Of a DNA stretch of 21,683 nucleotides, positions 16,522 through 21,683 are shown one piece after another. This stretch comes from Methanocellales archaeon (GTDB lineage: Archaea; Halobacteriota; JAWCLZ01): positions 1-21,683 of the forward strand of contig JAWCMA010000020.1 of NCBI GenBank assembly GCA_038850285.1, given 5' to 3'. Each line of letters begins with the position of its first letter. The stretch's first letter is position 1. Both the position numbers and the translations under genes were made by a program. The notes under the pieces were generated by a model. That model was not told where the DNA came from and searched no databases. It worked only from the letters and a program-made list of their open reading frames with translations.

Positions 16522-17402
16522 GTGCTCACTCCCAGTTTTTCAAGCAGCGGTCTTGGATCTATATAATGGAGGTCAAATCTGCAAACTTCTTCTTCAAGTC
16601 CAAGGGCAAGTGCTATTAGCTGGGTGATATAAAATACTGGCGTGGGATTGAAGCCGTGGTATTTTTTAGCAATATCCTTTTGCCTTTCATCGAGATTGAA
16701 GCTGCAGAGAGGGCAGCTTAATGCCAGGGCTTGAGCTCCCCTCTTTCTAGCTGATTCAATTATTGTGCGAGCTCTATCCACCACTATATCTTTATCAAAA
16801 ACAGTGTGATAGCTCCCGCAGCACTCGGTTTTGAAGGGGAAATCAATTGCATTTGCATCTAGTTTTTTCAATATAGTTTGCATGATCACTGGCTCCTCTA
16901 TATCATCAATCGCAACGCTTTCAGGCCTCAATAGATAGCAGCCATAGTATGGGGCGATGTTTAAATTGCTCAATGGCTTCTTTATTTTATCCCTAGGTAT
17001 ATCTTTAAATAGCTCTAGAAAATGAATAACTTCTACCTCCCCGCGATATGCTTGTTCATCATCCATGAATAGCGATATAGTTTTAAGCTTCTCGCTATCT
17101 TTTTTCACCAGTAAATTGGCTTGCTTTAAAGTGTTAAAGCACATTGAACATAAGGTTACAACTTTTTTCTCCCCCATTTCCTGCACTCTAATTAAATTTC
17201 GGATGGAAGCAATGTGGTGAATCAAGTCATCGGTAACTAAACTAGCCACAGCTCCGCAGCAATACCACCTCGGGAGCTCCACCATTTCCACGCCTAGTGC
17301 TCTAGCAACTGCAAGGGCCGAGGTTTCGAAATTTAAAGCAGTTGTTTTAACTGTGCATCCCGGGTAATAAGCTAGTTTCTCCATTTTCTCCATTTCAATC
17401 AC
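16518..17402 (-). CDS. hdrB: Heterodisulfide reductase subunit B
   Basis: Two CCG domains: YYPGC...WYCCG...LCSMC and YYGC.LLRP...ECCG...SCPLC.FNLD. The start could instead be ATG 17393. Confidence 0.95.
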   Translation of the reverse strand: MIEMEKMEKLAYYPGCTVKTTALNFETSALAVARALGVEMVELPRWYCCGAVASLVTDDLIHHIASIRNLIRVQEMGEKKVVTLCSMCFNTLKQANLLVKKDSEKLKTISLFMDDEQAYRGEVEVIHFLELFKDIPRDKIKKPLSNLNIAPYYGCYLLRPESVAIDDIEEPVIMQTILKKLDANAIDFPFKTECCGSYHTVFDKDIVVDRARTIIESARKRGAQALALSCPLCSFNLDERQKDIAKKYHGFNPTPVFYITQLIALALGLEEEVCRFDLHYIDPRPLLEKLGVST

Positions 17403-17806
17403 TAACTAGTGAATTTTCTAAAGCTGCTTACAAGTGCAATTTGAGGCAATTTTTCCTCCAAAACTGGGATTTTGCTGATATCAATAACATCGATATTCCT
17501 GCGAAGCCTAAGCTGCCGCAGTGCTTCCATAACTCTAGGTAGATTAACACCTTTGGGACAGCGGGTTTCACAGGTATAGCAGGAGGCACAGAGCCAGATC
17601 GTTTTGGAATTCAATGCCTCCTCAACTTGCCCAAGCTGCAGCAATCTGATCACTTGGTGACATCCAAGGATGCCTGGTAGTATCACCGGGCACCCAGCGG
17701 AGCATTTGCCACATTGATAGCAGGCTAATATATTCTGCCCTGAGAGTTCCTCTATTTTTTTAATCTCACTACTTTGAATCCTCGCTGCTGATAGAACCAA
17801 TGTCAT
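17402..17806 (-). CDS. hdrC: Heterodisulfide reductase subunit C (short form)
   Basis: Motifs CYQCGKCSAGCP and IWLCASCYTCETRCPKG. Overlaps the hdrB start. Confidence 0.93.
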   Translation of the reverse strand: MTLVLSAARIQSSEIKKIEELSGQNILACYQCGKCSAGCPVILPGILGCHQVIRLLQLGQVEEALNSKTIWLCASCYTCETRCPKGVNLPRVMEALRQLRLRRNIDVIDISKIPVLEEKLPQIALVSSFRKFTS

Positions 17807-17935
17807 TTTCCATCCTGTATTCTTTATTTTCCAGATTAGGATAAAATTAACTCTTTATGTAATTTTTAGGCAAAATCAATAGGTATATTGCAATCGAATT
17901 TCGCGAGTGGCGAGTGAATGAAATCGCTTTTTTAG

Positions 17936-18292
17936 CTACAGCTGAAGCTTGAACTCGCCTTGCAGATGGCTTACTATAAATGCGCCTAAGAATATTGCAA
18001 GCGCACCTATGAAGCAAATGTTTAAATAGAAAACTATCAATCCACCTCATAAACCTCTTATTGCCGAGATTCCAATAACTAATTCAACCACCCGCCTTTC
18101 TCTAGCCCCAGAGGAAAGCTTAGAGCAGCGAAGATCGCAGAAGCTATGAATAGAAATCTTAAAGGCCTTGCACGGTCCCACCCAACTCAGCGGCGTAAAG
18201 TGGTAGCACGGTGTAGAGCATGCCATTGCCATTAGCGGCTTGATATGGTATTGGTGAAATGCCGCGAACCATTTATTGTTATTCAAGCTCAA
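17936..18292 (-). pseudogene. Degraded, internally deleted MFS-type membrane transporter
   Basis: Fragments in shifting frames read KWFAAF / IPYQAANGNGMLYTVLPLYAAELGGTV (TM1-like) / RFLFIASAIFAALSF / VIGISAIRGL*GGLIVFYLNICFIGALAIFLGAFIV (terminal TM pair-like). There are frameshifts and an in-frame TGA at 18047-18049. Confidence 0.6.
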
Positions 18293-18352
18293 CTTATAGA
18301 GCTTCAGTAATATCTCTCTAGAGCGAAAAATATAAAAATAGAGGATTAAAAT

Positions 18353-18916
18353 TTATCGCGGGGTTACAATTTCCTTAGCTAGAAACATGAAATCATCCCC
18401 GCCTACGTGGTAAATGGGATCTACTTTTTTCATATCAAAGCTCTCTTTGAAAATACCTCTATCTGCACGGGCTGCCACCACTTCCCCTATGAATAAAGTG
18501 TGATCACCTATGCTGAGCTGCTGCGTTACCCTGCATTCAAGATGAGCAATGCATTCCTTTATCAAAGGCGGCTTGATTTTCCTTGCAGGAATGGGAGTTA
18601 ACTTGCTTTGCTTGAACTTATCAACGCTCCGCCCTGAAACGCGGCCGCAGTAAAGGGTTTGCTTAACTATATCTCTAGTTGGAATATTAATTGCAAATTC
18701 CTTGGTATCCGCTATTAAACCATGGGAATAGCGAGAGGGGGCAATGCTTATTCCAACCACCGCTGGCTTCATCGAAATGGGCATAGACCAAGCAAGGGTA
18801 ATTATATTCGGCTTCCCATTTCTATCCGCACAGGTAACCAGAATAGTATTCCTAGGGTGAAGCAGGCGATAGATAGAAGTTGTGATCTCTTCCTTTTCCT
18901 CCATAGAGCTCACCAT
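18353..18916 (-). CDS. Flavin reductase-like / flavoredoxin family FMN-binding protein
   Basis: Motifs YRLLHPR..ILVT, PNIITLAW, EFAINIP, CGRVSGR.VDKF, PLIKECIAHLECRV and GDHTLFIGEV. The start may be ATG 18904, behind GGTGA. Confidence 0.9.
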   Translation of the reverse strand: MVSSMEEKEEITTSIYRLLHPRNTILVTCADRNGKPNIITLAWSMPISMKPAVVGISIAPSRYSHGLIADTKEFAINIPTRDIVKQTLYCGRVSGRSVDKFKQSKLTPIPARKIKPPLIKECIAHLECRVTQQLSIGDHTLFIGEVVAARADRGIFKESFDMKKVDPIYHVGGDDFMFLAKEIVTPR

Positions 18917-19019
18917 TTCTCATTTCTAAATTTCCAATTTTTTTATTTCCATTTTCCACATCTTCTACTTTTTTATTTCGAAGTAAACTTTTTCACCACC
19001 AGCAGGCTAATTTAATTAG

Positions 19020-19607
19020 ATGAATGTAGTTGGAGTGGATCTAGCAGCTAAAGAGCAAAAACCTACAGGTGTTTGTATTTTAAGCGAGAGAGCAAGCTTA
19101 AAGCTAGTGAGGGATGATGAGGCTCTTATCCAAGAAATCAAAACCGCTCACCCGCGATTAATCGCCATCGATGCCCCCTTAACACTGCCAGCTGGCAGGT
19201 GCTGCTTCAAGCTGAATTGCAAATGCAGAACCCAAGGGGCAAACTTGAGATTGGCTGATAGAGAGCTTATTGCAAAAGGCTATAGAGTTTTCCCCCCTGG
19301 CTTCGCTTGGATGAAGAATTTAACCGAGCGAGGTGTGAGACTTCGCAAGCTACTAGGGAGATATAGATATAGAGTAATCGAAGTTCACCCCCGCACTTCA
19401 CTCTCAGCATTGAACTGGGGGGAAGCAGATGTCTATGAATACCTATGGAGAGAGGGCTTTGGAGAGGTAAAAGCGGGGAGTAAACATGAATTCGATGCTT
19501 TAATATGCGCCATTACTGCTTTATTGCATCTAAGTGGAAAAACCATTGAAGTTGGAAGTAAAACAGAGGGGCAGATAGTGATCCCGAGAGCGAATCTCTC
19601 TTTTTAA
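19020..19607 (+). CDS. DUF429 family protein (predicted RNase H-fold nuclease)
   Basis: Motifs VVGVDLAA...TG, IAIDAPL, R.ADREL, IEVHP and HEFDALICA. Confidence 0.82.
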   Translation: MNVVGVDLAAKEQKPTGVCILSERASLKLVRDDEALIQEIKTAHPRLIAIDAPLTLPAGRCCFKLNCKCRTQGANLRLADRELIAKGYRVFPPGFAWMKNLTERGVRLRKLLGRYRYRVIEVHPRTSLSALNWGEADVYEYLWREGFGEVKAGSKHEFDALICAITALLHLSGKTIEVGSKTEGQIVIPRANLSF

Positions 19608-19612
19608 AAACT

Positions 19613-20083
19613 CTATCTCTTTTTAACCTCTATATCCAAAACTCCTTTCTTCAAAGTATACTTCAGAGAAAGTGGGTCAATCGGTTTAAGTCTCGGGAGT
19701 CCAAAGCCGGTGTAGGAGCCATCTTTCTTGTAAATGGTAACTGCTTCCCCTATATCTATCCTTTCAACATCTCCCTCTTCAACATCCACTTCTTTAGTAA
19801 TATAATATCTATCTCCAACGTCAATTATCTCCAAATCACTAGGCTTTTGAGTTCCCTCTGCAGTTCCAATGGATTGAGCGCGCGTGCTTGTATATTGCTT
19901 TAAAACTTCCTGGAGTTTATCGAAATCAATCCGCGTAGGCTTGCTGCCCATATCAATTTTAATCCCAATTCCCTCACCAGCGGGGAAGACTTTGACTTTC
20001 ACCTCTGCATCTGGAAAGATTTTCTTAAGCATTTCATTCAGGTCTCTATTTAAATGCTCTATTTCATCGTCCCGCTTCTTCAT
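19613..20083 (-). CDS. Hypothetical protein, probable divergent Hsp20/alpha-crystallin-like
   Basis: 156 aa. The C-terminal YTLKKGVLDIEVKK resembles the sHSP (N)GVLxI motif, and DLEIIDVGDRYYIT resembles the first ACD strands. SD-like GAGGCTG upstream. Confidence 0.55.
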   Translation of the reverse strand: MKKRDDEIEHLNRDLNEMLKKIFPDAEVKVKVFPAGEGIGIKIDMGSKPTRIDFDKLQEVLKQYTSTRAQSIGTAEGTQKPSDLEIIDVGDRYYITKEVDVEEGDVERIDIGEAVTIYKKDGSYTGFGLPRLKPIDPLSLKYTLKKGVLDIEVKKR

Positions 20084-20191
20084 CTCAGCCTCTATTTAAT
20101 ATATATTTTGGATTGAGAAAAATATAAATTTTTCACAACTTCTACACATACATAGATTTAATATACGTATTTTCACTTTAATTTATTTTAT

Positions 20192-20608
20192 ATGCAAAGG
20201 GAAAATGAAGTTAGCTATCCCTGGCCAGTTGAAACCCTGCGAGGGTGGTATGTAGCACCAGTTGGGGGTTACTCCCGAGAGCTTTCCTGGAATGAGATAG
20301 GGATAAATAGACAGGCACTGTTTCAAAATACCGATTTGCGGCCATATCTGGATAGAGTGATCATTTCAAAGTTAGAGGGAAGCGGGATTTTACCGCTTTT
20401 CATGCGCGAGCAATTCCTAGTTGTACCCTTAACAGAGGCATACCCAGAGGCATACTCCAAATCCCGTATAGGCGAAGTGGTTCTGCCTTCGAGGAAGAAA
20501 AATAGATTAATGGAGCTTAAGATTGGTGAAGAAGTTATCATAAACAGTGCAATAAACGAATTACCTCCTAAGTGGATTGCTAAATTTATGAAGCGCTTTA
20601 TATCTTAA
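20192..20608 (+). CDS. Hypothetical protein
   Basis: 138-aa ATG-started ORF filling the gap, with TTTAATATA about 27-35 nt upstream. No recognisable motif. Confidence 0.6.
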   Translation: MQRENEVSYPWPVETLRGWYVAPVGGYSRELSWNEIGINRQALFQNTDLRPYLDRVIISKLEGSGILPLFMREQFLVVPLTEAYPEAYSKSRIGEVVLPSRKKNRLMELKIGEEVIINSAINELPPKWIAKFMKRFIS

Positions 20609-20676
20609 AACTTTTAGCACGTTGAATTAGTGCAAGTGCAAAGTGAGATTGCCCATATTTATTTCCACTGTCATTA

Positions 20677-21444
20677 TCAATTCCTATCACTTGTGCCCTT
20701 CTCGCTCACTTCCTCCGCTAGCCCTTCGCTCACCACTTCCAGCCAATGTTTATAGGCCTCCTCATAGCCTTTCTCCAGAATAAGATCAGTGAATTTCAAA
20801 TGCATGGCAATTAGTTTCTCCGCTAATTCTCGAGATACCTCATCTCCGGTTTTCATCTTCCTTTTTACCTCTGCTCTCAATTTATCTAGTGGAGCAGCTG
20901 AAACATCAAGTTTAATCACCTTAACCTCGTGTCCCATTTTCTCAAGCGAAGATTTCAATTCCCCCGCTCCATAGCCAGCTAAGCAGGCATTCTTAGCTCT
21001 AGCTTTAGCTGAAAGTAAATATGCCTCTCTGCATATAGCTTCCTCTGCAAATATTGCTTCCTCGGCAAGCAGTTTTATCCAATCTTCAACTTTGATGCCC
21101 TGCAATTTACTCCTCAAGGTTAGAAGCAGGATTTGAGTAGTGAAATCTCGGGAAAAAGACCAGTCTAGATCAGCTTTATAGCAGTGTACCTTTAACTTTC
21201 TCCTAGATAGATATTCAAATAGCGGCTGCATTGCTCTAATCAATTGTCCATCCTCAGGTTCTCTGAGAATACCTTGCCCGCTTGGTTTAATCTTTATCTT
21301 GAATAACCCGGGCTTGAAGCTGCTTTCAACTGCAACTGGGAGAGGTAGGAAAATGCAGTCGTAGTCCCTCTCAGCCATGAAGTCAGCTGCTTTTTTATAT
21401 GAGCTTTTCAAATTAATTACGGCAAGCAAGTCAAAAGTCGCCAT
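20677..21444 (-). CDS. Hypothetical protein, translationally coupled to the edge hdrA copy
   Basis: 255-aa ORF whose ATG lies inside the last codons of the upstream hdrA copy (14-nt overlap). Confidence 0.75.
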   Translation of the reverse strand: MATFDLLAVINLKSSYKKAADFMAERDYDCIFLPLPVAVESSFKPGLFKIKIKPSGQGILREPEDGQLIRAMQPLFEYLSRRKLKVHCYKADLDWSFSRDFTTQILLLTLRSKLQGIKVEDWIKLLAEEAIFAEEAICREAYLLSAKARAKNACLAGYGAGELKSSLEKMGHEVKVIKLDVSAAPLDKLRAEVKRKMKTGDEVSRELAEKLIAMHLKFTDLILEKGYEEAYKHWLEVVSEGLAEEVSEKGTSDRN

Positions 21445-21683
21445 ATCCTTCTTCTGCTTTCACTTCCCCCGTAGTGGAAGGCTTAACAAGTTCTTCGATC
21501 TCAATTGATGGATATAACTTAATGGTATCCTTTGAGAACATGACTATAACTCTTGAAGCGGCTCCACTCGCATGAGCTACAGTATCAGGTATATCTCGAG
21601 GCGATTGAGAAGTACCCGCTAGGTATATACCTGGAGTTAAACTCTCCAGCGGCCTTAGCTTAGGATGGGCTTCGGTTAAGAAA
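21431..21683 (-). CDS. hdrA: 3' end of an additional HdrA-family gene lacking the C-terminal ferredoxin domain (5' part beyond the window)
   Basis: Manual translation gives FLTEAHPKLRPLESLTPGIYLAGTSQSPRDIPDTVAHASGAASRVIVMFSKDTIKLYPSIEIEELVKPSTTGEVKAEEGYGDF*, with TGA at 21431-21433. Confidence 0.85.
   Translation of the reverse strand, partial: FLTEAHPKLRPLESLTPGIYLAGTSQSPRDIPDTVAHASGAASRVIVMFSKDTIKLYPSIEIEELVKPSTTGEVKAEEGYGDF
21557..21683 (+). repeat. 127-bp exact direct repeat, copy 2 (ends exactly at the window end)
   Basis: Identical to 14860-14986. The first mismatch is at 21556 vs 14859. Confidence 0.97.

Noticed and set aside
11228-17806. Selenocysteine or pyrrolysine recoding in hdrA/mvhD
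   Set aside because: All ORFs are full length with Cys at the motif positions, and no in-frame stop needs read-through.
18047-18049. In-frame TGA as a recoded codon
   Set aside because: It lies in a hydrophobic fragment with several other frameshifts, so pseudogene decay is the simpler explanation.
17847-18292. Track ORFs of 67 aa and 81 aa as real genes
   Set aside because: They are better explained as off-frame or partial readings of the MFS pseudogene.
18917-19019. Repeated GGAAAT/GAAAT words and a tiny ORF (MWKMEIKKLEI) upstream of the flavin reductase
   Set aside because: Low-complexity purine-rich spacer with irregular spacing. It is not a CRISPR array and there is no support for a leader peptide.

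Overview
AT-rich archaeal DNA (GGTGA/GAGGTG Shine-Dalgarno motifs, TATA/BRE promoters, archaeal alternative shikimate entry genes). From left to right there are four blocks. (1) A minus-strand aromatic amino acid operon aroA'-aroB'-aroD-aroE-tyrA, followed by an M20 metallohydrolase that runs off the left edge. (2) Two divergently transcribed GT2 glycosyltransferases. (3) A tightly coupled 10-kb, 8-gene minus-strand redox operon: hdrC-hdrB-hdrA-(tandem double hdrA)-mvhD-fdhB-like-sdhB-like-sdhA/tfrA-like flavoprotein, with no hydrogenase, FdhA or membrane anchor. (4) A decayed MFS transporter remnant, a flavin reductase, a DUF429 protein, a divergent Hsp20-like protein, two hypothetical proteins and the 3' end of another hdrA copy. 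The last 127 nt of the window are identical to 14860-14986 of the first hdrA, but this copy lacks the C-terminal ferredoxin domain. The best candidate for an undescribed system is the operon in block 3, which may encode a soluble, possibly F420H2-fed, electron-bifurcating Hdr complex linked to a fumarate-reductase-family enzyme with an altered active site. No RNA genes, CRISPR arrays or transposases were seen. All family assignments come from motif recognition by eye, not from database searches.
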